From positions 1 to 64,000 of the IMG/VR virus record IMGVR_UViG_3300017923_000003: a DNA stretch of 64,000 nucleotides, one strand, 5' to 3'. A model generated the notes under the pieces. That model was not told where the DNA came from. It ran no database searches and saw only the letters and a list, made by a program, of their open reading frames with translations. The position numbers and the translations under genes were made by a program. Of the stretch, positions 10,409 through 19,311 are shown one piece after another. The DNA is from an uncultured virus (IMG/VR IMGVR_UViG_3300017923_000003) (lineage: Duplodnaviria; Heunggongvirae; Uroviricota; Caudoviricetes). The stretch's first letter is position 1. Every line of letters starts with the position of its first letter.

Positions 10409-10597
10409 TTAGTTGCGAATTAGTAAACCTTTTTCATCGACTGACACATTTAAGTGACCCACATATACTGGTTCATCACCAAAAGAAACTTCCCACCATT
10501 TCTTTTCCTTTTCATTGTAGATACCATACCCCCAAGAAAACTCATGTCTAGTATAAACCTCATTCTCTTTTGATGATTCAAATTTTAATTTAAACAT
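10409..10597 (-). CDS. Small hypothetical protein with FSWG motif
   Basis: AGGGGGA RBS; similar to the neighbouring ORF. Confidence 0.6.
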   Translation of the reverse strand: MFKLKFESSKENEVYTRHEFSWGYGIYNEKEKKWWEVSFGDEPVYVGHLNVSVDEKGLLIRN

Positions 10598-10610
10598 GGT
10601 TCATCCCCCT

Positions 10611-10841
10611 TTAATTTCTCCTCTTATTTTTTATGAATCTTATTCCGCCATCGTCAATTACCACATCTCGTTCACTTACATCTAAAGCTGTCTCAGCATC
10701 AAAAACAATAGTTAACCATTTATCTTTTTTCATATCTTTGGTTGCTGCACCCCAACTAAAAGCAAAAACTGCATACCTATCTTTATTATAGTCTTTTCTA
10801 AATTGGTTTAAATTAACTACTTCACCCATTTTGTATTGCAC
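10611..10841 (-). CDS. Small hypothetical protein with FSWG motif
   Basis: Overlaps the thyX end; shares FSWG..K.KW with 10409-10597. Confidence 0.6.
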   Translation of the reverse strand: MQYKMGEVVNLNQFRKDYNKDRYAVFAFSWGAATKDMKKDKWLTIVFDAETALDVSERDVVIDDGGIRFIKNKRRN

Positions 10842-11665
10842 CTTTTAGATTCCTTTATCATTTCTTTTACTTCTTCATGGGTTATGATACTACATGCTCC
10901 ATGTTGTCTGCTGTTTTCTGGACAATACCCTAAAGAAACACAACTTGCACCGGCATCCTTAAATAAATCTGGGAATACATCCTTACAGATATCTTTTGTT
11001 TTATTAGCCATATCTCTAACACCATCTTGAGCTGTCATACAACATCTGATTTTAAACCAATCTAAAAGACCATGTGCATTCATACTGAATACACCTTTAA
11101 ATTCTGTAGCTTGTGGTTTCAAATATCTTAAATTCTCTTCAGGAAGACCCAACTCAACACCTTCATCATACCACTTCTCCATCATAGATAATAGGTCATA
11201 CCCATCAAAATCAAATGTAATATCCTCTCTCCCTACATTATCATAACCAGCATCATATAAAATTTCATCTAAGGGTATACCGTCTACAAAAATATCTTCT
11301 GGTTTTAAGTTATATTCGGTATTATGATAAAGAATGTCTTCAGGAACAACAACATCAAATTTTCTTTTCCCATTCTTTTCAACTCTTCCAGATTTTATCA
11401 TGTATGAAGCCAACCGTTTTCTTATTAACTGGGCTTCTGTTACTCTTGCATAACCTTCAACACCAAATATAAAATGATCAAATTCAGTGCAGGCTAAATG
11501 TCCAGATTCTAAAATGTTTTTTATAATTTCTTTATTATAATCGCTCCCTACTATTTCTTCAACATTTCTTTCTGAACCCACAAACCTAGCCACAACATCG
11601 GTAAAACATTTACCACCACCAGATAAAAGATGAACTTTTCCATTACCAACTATATTTACATTCAT
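10817..11665 (-). CDS. thyX: Flavin-dependent thymidylate synthase
   Basis: GHLACTEF, AQLIRKRLASYMIKSGR (RHRx7SxR variant), LRYLKPQA, MNAHGLLDWFKIRCCMTAQ. Start at 11665 after GGAGG. Confidence 0.85.
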   Translation of the reverse strand: MNVNIVGNGKVHLLSGGGKCFTDVVARFVGSERNVEEIVGSDYNKEIIKNILESGHLACTEFDHFIFGVEGYARVTEAQLIRKRLASYMIKSGRVEKNGKRKFDVVVPEDILYHNTEYNLKPEDIFVDGIPLDEILYDAGYDNVGREDITFDFDGYDLLSMMEKWYDEGVELGLPEENLRYLKPQATEFKGVFSMNAHGLLDWFKIRCCMTAQDGVRDMANKTKDICKDVFPDLFKDAGASCVSLGYCPENSRQHGACSIITHEEVKEMIKESKRCNTKWVK

Positions 11666-11737
11666 TATATTACCTCCCATTATTTTCTATAAACTTGTTA
11701 CCATAAAATAAAAATATTTTTACTATAACAATATACT

Positions 11738-11891
11738 AGAGGAAGATTAAGAAAAAAATACACTGTGAACTTATTGAAACTATCCCAAGTGTCTTAGATG
11801 AGATCATTTTGTATTTCTCTTAATCCCTTGCCTTGTTTTCTCCATATTAATTCCTTATAAGATGTGGGGGTAAAACCCCACACATTTTTTT
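11738..11891 (+). ncRNA. Candidate ~150-nt small RNA
   Basis: Own late-type promoter (AACA-N6-TA, 11727-11738), a long imperfect hairpin (about 11745-11825), a CU-rich tail and a terminator at 11862-11891. No RBS-led plus-strand ORF. Confidence 0.55.
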
Positions 11892-11920
11892 GTTTTGATA
11901 ACAATGAAATGGTGATAAAT

Positions 11921-12148
11921 ATGGATATAGAATTAGAAATGAGAATGTTACTTATGAAAGATAAAATTAAAAGACTCAATAAAAAGGAGATGGACAAAAT
12001 GAAAAACAAAATTAATGACGACATAAAATGTAATGTTCAAGAATGTGTATACAATGGGGAAAAAAATGAATGCAATTATATTGGTGATGCTAGGGTATCG
12101 CCGAATGATAAAGAAAATTGCCCAATGTATGTTAACGGCTTAATTTAA
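11921..12148 (+). CDS. Small Cys-rich hypothetical protein (CNVQECVYN...C...C)
   Basis: Four Cys suggest metal binding; start is uncertain (11921 or about 11998). Confidence 0.5.
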   Translation: MDIELEMRMLLMKDKIKRLNKKEMDKMKNKINDDIKCNVQECVYNGEKNECNYIGDARVSPNDKENCPMYVNGLI

Positions 12149-12166
12149 TATTAGAGGAGGGGGCTA

Positions 12167-12706
12167 ATGAAATTATCGGATGGTGGAATTTTAGATAGGA
12201 TTGATGAAGGTGATATTTATATAGAGGATTTTGATTTAGAGAGATTAAACCCAAACAGTTATAATCTTAGGTTACATAATGAATTGACTGTTTATGAAAA
12301 TTCCATTAATGGAGAACCACTTGATATGAGAAAGGAAATGAAAACAAAAACCTTTAAGATAGACAAAAAAAATGGGTTTTTAATGGAACCCAATAAATTA
12401 TATTTAGGTAGGACAAGAGAGTACACTAAAACGCATAATTTGGTACCAGGATTGGAAGGAAGAAGTTCTATCGGTAGATTGGGTATTGATATACATGCAA
12501 CCGCAGGATTTGGGGATAATGGCTTTGAGGGGTATTGGACACTTGAGCTCAGTTGTACAGAACCAGTTTTTTTGTATCCTAATATAGAGATATGTCAAAT
12601 CTATTACGAACCGTTGATGGGTCCCGTATTGAAAACATATGATAATGGTAAATATCAAAAAAATAAAGGTATACAGGGTAGTAGAATATACAGAGAATTC
12701 GAATAA
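12167..12706 (+). CDS. dcd: dCTP deaminase
   Basis: PNSYNLRL, EGRSSIGRLG, TAGFGDNGFEGYWTLE, ICQIYY, GKYQ motifs. Confidence 0.9.
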   Translation: MKLSDGGILDRIDEGDIYIEDFDLERLNPNSYNLRLHNELTVYENSINGEPLDMRKEMKTKTFKIDKKNGFLMEPNKLYLGRTREYTKTHNLVPGLEGRSSIGRLGIDIHATAGFGDNGFEGYWTLELSCTEPVFLYPNIEICQIYYEPLMGPVLKTYDNGKYQKNKGIQGSRIYREFE

Positions 12707-12736
12707 AAAAAGCGAGGGTTAAACCCTCGCTTTTTA

Positions 12737-13156
12737 TTACATTCTTTCATACACCCCTTTGATAAAGGAACCATAGTCATAGTTATCAAATAACGACTTC
12801 TTATTCTTTAGCTTTTTAAGACCCAAAGCCATCAAAAATTTATCGAAATTATTTAATCTCTCTTTTCTTCTATTACTCTCTATAGAATCAGCCAAATTCT
12901 TTAGTCTTTTTCCAATCATTTCTTCACCAAAAAGGAAGTAGTCTAAAGATAATGCGGCTAACTTTATAGCATCAACATCAATATATTCGGTGTAACCAGA
13001 AAAGAAATTGAATCTTATAAAGTAACTCTTTAAAGTGTTTATTTTATAAGTGTAAAACCTTTCTACATCATCATCTTCAGCTTCTTTTCTTGGATTGTGT
13101 TTTTTATAAAATTTGAGCATGCTATCTATATGTCTTTCGTCCATTTGTTTATCCAC
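12737..13156 (-). CDS. Hypothetical protein
   Basis: ORF within a tightly packed minus-strand operon. Confidence 0.55.
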   Translation of the reverse strand: MDKQMDERHIDSMLKFYKKHNPRKEAEDDDVERFYTYKINTLKSYFIRFNFFSGYTEYIDVDAIKLAALSLDYFLFGEEMIGKRLKNLADSIESNRRKERLNNFDKFLMALGLKKLKNKKSLFDNYDYGSFIKGVYERM

Positions 13157-13161
13157 CCTCT

Positions 13162-13740
13162 CTATGATACAGCCATCGGATTCATTGCTAGTGTATTTTT
13201 TTCTTTTCTTAATAAGTGTTCTCCGTTCATTGAATTAATGAATTCTTTAGTTGTAAGACATTCCTTTTCCTTTGTTTTAAGATAATATCTATACAAATAA
13301 TCTGACATGTCTTTTAATATGTTGTCTGTTCTTATTATTGGAAAATAAGCTGGTATGCTATACTCGGTTATTTGATAGTGTATATCCATTACAATTTCTT
13401 TTTTAAATGTTTTATAAAAACCATCCTTACCAAGCACATTTATCAGTTTAACATAGTTCAATTTCTTGAAATTCTCCATATATATTAATGGGTCTTCACT
13501 AGCTGTTGTGATTTCAAAATATCTCCTAATGTTTTTAACTCTTTCTATATAATTATCATCCATGTCGGATTTATCTATATATTCACATAACCAACCAAAC
13601 CCTTTCATTTGAATCTTTTTATTAAATTCTTCTTCGCTTAAATTATTAAACTCCATATCCAGACTCATTTCCTCCGACTTAGTATTGACACCGAAAATAG
13701 TAAGTAAAAATATAATCAATTTCTTTAACATATTTAACAT
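13162..13740 (-). CDS. Hypothetical protein, paralogue family member
   Basis: Shares the LS..EF...I...G..L..YI....Y..R block and the KL....LG...F block with 13815, 15487 and 19312. Confidence 0.65.
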   Translation of the reverse strand: MLNMLKKLIIFLLTIFGVNTKSEEMSLDMEFNNLSEEEFNKKIQMKGFGWLCEYIDKSDMDDNYIERVKNIRRYFEITTASEDPLIYMENFKKLNYVKLINVLGKDGFYKTFKKEIVMDIHYQITEYSIPAYFPIIRTDNILKDMSDYLYRYYLKTKEKECLTTKEFINSMNGEHLLRKEKNTLAMNPMAVS

Positions 13741-13814
13741 CCCCTTTATTAGTTTGTTTTGTTTAATTGAAGTTTGACACTTAAAAAAGCAGGGTTTTAC
13801 CCCTGCTTTATAGT

Positions 13815-14804
13815 TTATGGCATATCAACCATTTCTATTATATAATAGAATAGGTCATCATAATTTGTGAACCTATCATCTTTTTCATAATAGAAAATAT
13901 AATCCAATAACCAACCTTGACTTCTCAAATTAGACATCTCACCTTCAGGGTCATAAAAATATATTAACCCATGTAGGGTTGAATCCATAAAGAATACATC
14001 TAAAGAATATTCATCATTGAAATAATCGTTCGTTTCTGCAATGTGTCTTATGAAGGGATACAGAGGGTGTTGGTACAATATATCCCTGAAATCTTTAAGC
14101 ATTTTTGCAATATTAGCCATATCGATATCTGTTAATGGTGATAGATAAAGTGTATCTTCATCATAAATACCTATACCGTGCTCATCATAATTGGGGTGGT
14201 TTATTAACTCTCCTGTTGATTTATCAAATAAAGCTTTATCATTACTTTCTAAATGACTTTCTTTAAAAAGATAACCCCAAATGTTTTTGGCTTTATCCAT
14301 TATACGTTCAATAAAAACTGAATCATTAATCACAATATTTTCAACACAACTTAATAAAAGATCAGAGTTTTTAATATATTCGATATACCCTGGTAGATTA
14401 ACTAAGATTCCGTTTTCGTCTGTAGAGTATATTATATCTAAAGCTATGAGGTTTGCAAATCTATATACAAAATCTTCATTACCCATAGCATCTATTAATT
14501 TCTTTTTATCCAGATGTTTATAAAAGAAAATCGATTCAAAGAAAGTTCTCACTATTTTATCTTTATCATTGTCTGACCCATATAACCGATCGTAAGGGAA
14601 AGAAATTTTGAGGTTTTTTATCCTTTCACAATATTCTTTATTGGTTTTAGCTTCATTAATATATTTCAATAAAAATATATAACCATACTCTCCAATCAAT
14701 TTAGAAAATTCCAAATTAGATATATTATCAATATTGATAACATCTAATCCTCCTATATCATCTCTTCTTCTTAATGTGTCTGGAAAATTTCCCATTGTAC
14801 ACAC
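13815..14804 (-). CDS. Hypothetical protein, paralogue family member
   Basis: ISNLEFSKLIGEYGYIFLLKYINE...EYCERIKNL; C-terminal IFYYEKD shared with 19312. Confidence 0.65.
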   Translation of the reverse strand: MCTMGNFPDTLRRRDDIGGLDVINIDNISNLEFSKLIGEYGYIFLLKYINEAKTNKEYCERIKNLKISFPYDRLYGSDNDKDKIVRTFFESIFFYKHLDKKKLIDAMGNEDFVYRFANLIALDIIYSTDENGILVNLPGYIEYIKNSDLLLSCVENIVINDSVFIERIMDKAKNIWGYLFKESHLESNDKALFDKSTGELINHPNYDEHGIGIYDEDTLYLSPLTDIDMANIAKMLKDFRDILYQHPLYPFIRHIAETNDYFNDEYSLDVFFMDSTLHGLIYFYDPEGEMSNLRSQGWLLDYIFYYEKDDRFTNYDDLFYYIIEMVDMP

Positions 14805-14811
14805 ACTCCTT

Positions 14812-15474
14812 TTATAACAGTTTATTAACCATTATTTTTATTATTCTATAATTATCATCTTCTTGTACCACACCCTCTTGATTTTTCTTTTTTAATATAC
14901 TTTTCCTGTGTTTTTTGTTCAACTCTCCTCTCAAATATTTCAATTCATATTTGTGTAGTCTTTCATAGAGAGTTTTATATTGGTTACTTTCTTTTAATGC
15001 CATAAACATTTTAACTTTATTTAAAAAAGGATATTCATCCAAAGTAACATCCCCCAAACCCCTCTGGAAGAAATCTCCTTCTAATGAGTTATAATAGAAA
15101 ACCACACTCTGTACCCCTAAAGGGAGAACAGATGTTGCAATTCTCTTTTTTACAAATTCAATATAATCATTATATTTTCTTTTTGTGGGATAACGGCCAT
15201 AAACCCAAACAGCATCTTTTACAACTTCATAAATGTTATCTTCTAAACCATTATCTTCAATAAATGTTTTCACAAACCTTTTCAATCTTTTTGTGAAGGC
15301 ATTATATAATTCTTTATCATCTCTAAACATCATACCAACTTTCACTACCCTTGTTTTTTTATCCGAATTTTTTAGTTCTAAATATTTTTCTTCTGATATC
15401 AAGCCACCTGAAAATAAGACATTGATGTTAGCTTTCCTTATATCATATTCAGTGATCTTTATTTTTTGGTACAT
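14812..15474 (-). CDS. Small protein with DNA-polymerase palm-like acidic motifs
   Basis: EYDIRKAN near the N-terminus and VVKDAVW centrally resemble polymerase motifs A and C. Confidence 0.35.
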   Translation of the reverse strand: MYQKIKITEYDIRKANINVLFSGGLISEEKYLELKNSDKKTRVVKVGMMFRDDKELYNAFTKRLKRFVKTFIEDNGLEDNIYEVVKDAVWVYGRYPTKRKYNDYIEFVKKRIATSVLPLGVQSVVFYYNSLEGDFFQRGLGDVTLDEYPFLNKVKMFMALKESNQYKTLYERLHKYELKYLRGELNKKHRKSILKKKNQEGVVQEDDNYRIIKIMVNKLL

Positions 15475-15486
15475 TCACATCACATC

Positions 15487-16368
15487 CTAAACTCGTTTAT
15501 AATATTTACTTTCCATCAGTTCCTCATATAAATTTTGATATATGATGTCTATGTTTTTGTCATTTGTTTCTATCATAAATAGTGGTGAGGTTAAAAGATT
15601 ATATTTTTCTTTATCAACCCCTTGAACATGTATAAAATTTTTTAACATCTTTATTATTAGTTTTTCGATAAGTTTATCTTTATCATCTATCAACTCATAA
15701 TATTTTATAGTTGGTATTATTTCATCTATGAAGTTTTTGAAATTACCTTCATCTAAATTCTTTAGTATTTTACCAAAATCATCATTTCCAAGAGGTAACA
15801 TGCCCCCACCAATTCTTTCGCTATTAAGTTCGGGTTTATATTTATTCTCAAATAATCTCTTATAAAGACCGTACAATGTTGATTTGATTTTCTTATTCCC
15901 AATAAAATTCGAATAGATAAATTCATATATTATTTTTTTAGATGATTCATCATTCAACATCCCAAAATACTCTGGAAGCGAGTCACCCTTAAAAGAACGC
16001 ATATCTATAATAATAGCATGTAAAAATATATCTACAAATTTCTCATCACCTATAATCTTTATTATTTTTTCTTTATCAAGTTTATCAAATAAACCCACCA
16101 ATTCATTATGGATTCTCGAACAACTTTTTTTATAATGAGATTTCACGTCACCATTTTCAACTAAAAGCATCTTTTGAAAAGAAAGATACCTGTTACATTC
16201 TTTTAATTTTTCAAAATTCCTTTTTAAAGAATTTATTCTTCTTCCAACTTCCTTTTCATTTTGACATTTATTTATATAGTCTGCTATAAAATCAAAACCA
16301 TACATCCCATACAAATTTCTATATTCTTTATCTGTTAAAACTCCACCAGAATTATACATTGAAATCAT
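15487..16368 (-). CDS. Hypothetical protein, paralogue family member
   Basis: LTDKEYRNLYGMYGFDFIADYINK...RRINSL and FDKLDKEKIIKIIGDEKF. Confidence 0.65.
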   Translation of the reverse strand: MISMYNSGGVLTDKEYRNLYGMYGFDFIADYINKCQNEKEVGRRINSLKRNFEKLKECNRYLSFQKMLLVENGDVKSHYKKSCSRIHNELVGLFDKLDKEKIIKIIGDEKFVDIFLHAIIIDMRSFKGDSLPEYFGMLNDESSKKIIYEFIYSNFIGNKKIKSTLYGLYKRLFENKYKPELNSERIGGGMLPLGNDDFGKILKNLDEGNFKNFIDEIIPTIKYYELIDDKDKLIEKLIIKMLKNFIHVQGVDKEKYNLLTSPLFMIETNDKNIDIIYQNLYEELMESKYYKRV

Positions 16369-16739
16369 CTCCCATTATGATATCTATATTTTTCATATGC
16401 AATATAATCTATTAAGTTATATTTTTCTATACCCACATTAAGATCGAATGTTAACCCTTCAATCAAATCGTTTAAGAAGATTTCATCTCCCAAAATTTTA
16501 TGAAGGTTATCCTTACGCATATTCATAAGATGATCTATTAATTTCCTTGCATCATTCTCGTCTTTTATCTTTTCCATTTTTCTATAATAAAAGATTTTAA
16601 CACTCTCTCCACTACAAGGAGCGTACAAATAATACAAAAAATCATTTTCCATCAATAACCTAACCCTTGTTTTTGGTAGGATATCGTTGGGGTTCATACA
16701 CCCCAATAGATCTTTATGATCGTATATATACATAACCAC
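16365..16739 (-). CDS. Hypothetical protein, divergent paralogue
   Basis: LHKILGDEIFLNDL resembles the family block. Confidence 0.5.
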   Translation of the reverse strand: MVMYIYDHKDLLGCMNPNDILPKTRVRLLMENDFLYYLYAPCSGESVKIFYYRKMEKIKDENDARKLIDHLMNMRKDNLHKILGDEIFLNDLIEGLTFDLNVGIEKYNLIDYIAYEKYRYHNGR

Positions 16740-16741
16740 AC

Positions 16742-16909
16742 CTACTCTTCTAAACTAGATTTAAATATTAATGACTGAGATTTTATTAGACTTAACCCCT
16801 CATTAACTTTCCTTTTATAATCTACTATGTGTACTTTAGGTTGCATATACACATGGATGTCCATATATAAATCTCTATCTTGGTGTGTCATAGTAAGTGC
16901 ATCACCATC
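16742..16909 (-). CDS. RNA polymerase beta' N-terminal subunit, exon 2 (55 aa, not in the ORF track)
   Basis: Reads DGDALTMTHQDRDLYMDIHVYMQPK...SSLEE* directly after the intron terminal G. Confidence 0.85.
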   Translation of the reverse strand, partial: DGDALTMTHQDRDLYMDIHVYMQPKVHIVDYKRKVNEGLSLIKSQSLIFKSSLEE

Positions 16910-17963
16910 CGTTTACACCCTGGTTTTCACCAAATTTATCTTACTAGGGACTAGACTATATCATCAGCATCTCAGCTGCTCTGCTTTTGGGTACTCAATT
17001 TCTCTTTCCCTACTCTACTAAGTTCTCATCGGCCATATCATTCAACCGAATCCCTTTTCGATAGTCGTTGAACGTTTTGTTTTGTGTTATTTTTTAAATA
17101 GATATCCCTAACATCATACACCCTATGTCTATTGGTATTATGTCTTTTAGCGATATCTTTTATACTCAATTTATCATTTATGAGATCATCGATGATACTT
17201 TTTATCTGATCCAGATTCAGAGAACGAAACTTATGCATTTTACCAAAGGTATACTGTTTTGTAATGTCAGTATAGTTGGTTTTATTACATATTTTTTTTA
17301 CAGCTTCATATGAAACATCGAATTTATCTGCTATATGTTTGGGTCTTTCTCCTTTTTCTCTTTCTTCGCATATTTTGTGAATTAAACCTAAATCTTTTAT
17401 ATAATCACCGTATTCGTCACGAACACCGTTTTTAATTGAATGTCTCCAATTTTCTCTATTTGTCACCCATTCTAAATTATATAGATAATTATTTTTCTTA
17501 TCTAGATCTTTATGGTTCACCACCATGTTGTCGTGATTGTCTATATAATTGAATACTAACATCAATAAACGATGCACACCAAAAGATTTTTTATTACCGG
17601 TTTTATCATACAGGTCAACTTTCAAATAGCCACGTTTGTGGTCATCATGTGTTGATAAGAAACCACCTGTATATTCACTATAAACGAACCCACCATCACA
17701 TATATAATAGATGTCTTTTATATCGAAAAGAATATCCGATATACGTCTCATATAAAACTCTTTTTCGTTCTCTTTATAAAATATAGTATTTTTAGTAAAA
17801 TTATCGTTAAATAATTCATGTGTCATAGAAATCACCCCTTTTCCACACACACAAAACAACTTCGCTGCTGATTACCCACACCATTAGTGTTTGGGCTTCC
17901 CAGCAATTAACAGAGTTTTTCATAGCATCTTCTTTTATTCGATTGCTATGCCACTTTTTTCAA
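16910..17963 (-). mobile_element. Group I intron in the RNAP beta' catalytic motif, with sense HNH in P6
   Basis: P element AATTGCTGGGAA, Q element AATCAGCAG, R element CAACGACTA, S element GATATAGTCT. P1 is CCAU/GUGG with a U-G pair; terminal G at 16910. Splicing gives YNGDH|DGD. Confidence 0.9.
17038..17826 (-). CDS. HNH homing endonuclease, intron-encoded, sense orientation
   Basis: VHRLL...VNHKDLDKKNNYLYNLEWVT. ATG at 17826 after AGGGGTG. The C-terminus (VQRL) reads through the P7 R element. Confidence 0.9.
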   Translation of the reverse strand: MTHELFNDNFTKNTIFYKENEKEFYMRRISDILFDIKDIYYICDGGFVYSEYTGGFLSTHDDHKRGYLKVDLYDKTGNKKSFGVHRLLMLVFNYIDNHDNMVVNHKDLDKKNNYLYNLEWVTNRENWRHSIKNGVRDEYGDYIKDLGLIHKICEEREKGERPKHIADKFDVSYEAVKKICNKTNYTDITKQYTFGKMHKFRSLNLDQIKSIIDDLINDKLSIKDIAKRHNTNRHRVYDVRDIYLKNNTKQNVQRLSKRDSVE

Positions 17964-19166
17964 ATGGTCGCCATTGTATCCTTCAAGCAGAACAGAAGGT
18001 ATCCTTAATACATTTTCATCTTCGAGACTTGATATCCTCAATGATTTGGTGGATTCAAATTTTAATGTCGGTTGTCTATTGACGAGAACATAATTGTTCT
18101 CGATATCTTTTTCCAGTATCTCATCAAGAACTTTCTTATCGTCTTCTCTTAGATCGATATTAATATCAATAAACCTATAAGCTCTATCTACTGGCATCCC
18201 ATTATTGACTAGAACATCAAATATCTCTCTTCTAAATATACCTCTAAAGACATCATAAGGTACAGTTATCGCATCAATATGTTTGGTGACATGTGGCACA
18301 ATCACACAACGTGAAGTAAAGGGTAATCTTGTTGCGAATATCTCGTTACGTAATATCTTTTCTTTACCCCCACCGACTATTTCTGTTATTAAGTTGTCGT
18401 TTAAATCCCAGTATTTTCTCTGTATAGCTCTAACAGTATTTTCTGTAATCTTTGGGGTATTTTCTCTATCACAGTAATCCCTTAGAGTTTGTATGTCACC
18501 AGATATTGATGTGTATATACTATTCATATCATGAATTGTATAATGGGGAACGATATTCTCGCTCCTGTGTAGATACCTTGTTTTCTTACTTATCACAGGT
18601 ATATACGATGTGAAGAAATCTTCTTTGTGTTTTAAAAGAAATTTAGTGGTGTCTGATTTAGATGATTTACCTACCTTCTTTAAAACTATATCAAATTTCT
18701 CATATAATTCTGTAACCTTTATTTTACTTCCGTCCTCTGTTTTTAACTTCCCATTCAAAAATTTCTTAAAGTTCTTTCTCCCAAGTACAGTTCTAAAGTG
18801 TAGTAAACCTGCATAAGTCATTATTTTATGTGGTGCTATTTTACCCCAAGCTCTTATCGTTATTGGGAACTCTTGTTTTTTTACTTTATAACCACACTCA
18901 GGACAAACTCTCCCTTTATTATTCTGACCTAATAAATTCTCACATTTACATGTGTAAAGATAAGCCAGTATACTTTTAGGATCTGATTCACTTATTCCAA
19001 ATTTTCTAGAATAAATAGAATCACTCATTAACATTTCCTCTTTGTACAAATAAAGGTAGTTTATACTGGTATCTAACATGAAACCAGTTTCATTCTTAAT
19101 GTCTTTTTTAACTAATTTTTCTAAATTCAAAAATGAAAAACTAAGTCCTTTTCTACCCATCTCCAT
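17964..19166 (-). CDS. RNA polymerase beta' N-terminal subunit (likely non-virion RNAP), exon 1
   Basis: Zn finger CKC...CPECG, RLPFTSRCVIVP, NRQPTL, YNGDH; preceded by an early-type promoter. Confidence 0.9.
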
Positions 19167-19228
19167 ATCATCTCCTTATTATGATAAATAAATTGTTTTC
19201 CTTTCAATATTTTATTTGTTTCGTCTAT

Positions 19229-19240
19229 ATAATATATAAT
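19229..19240 (-). promoter_or_regulatory. Early-type promoter motif TTATATATTAT
   Basis: Exact recurring 11-mer upstream of the beta' gene, flanked by two late-type AACAA motifs. Confidence 0.7.
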
Positions 19241-19311
19241 CAAAAGGAATTTGTACAATCCTTCAAAAGATTGTTACTGAAAAATAAAAAAAAGCTGAGT
19301 GTAAACCCAGC

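Noticed and set aside
12167..12706. dcd as proof of a uracil-substituted genome
   Set aside because: Base modification cannot be read from sequence, and thyX plus tmk point equally to dTTP synthesis; kept only as an open question.
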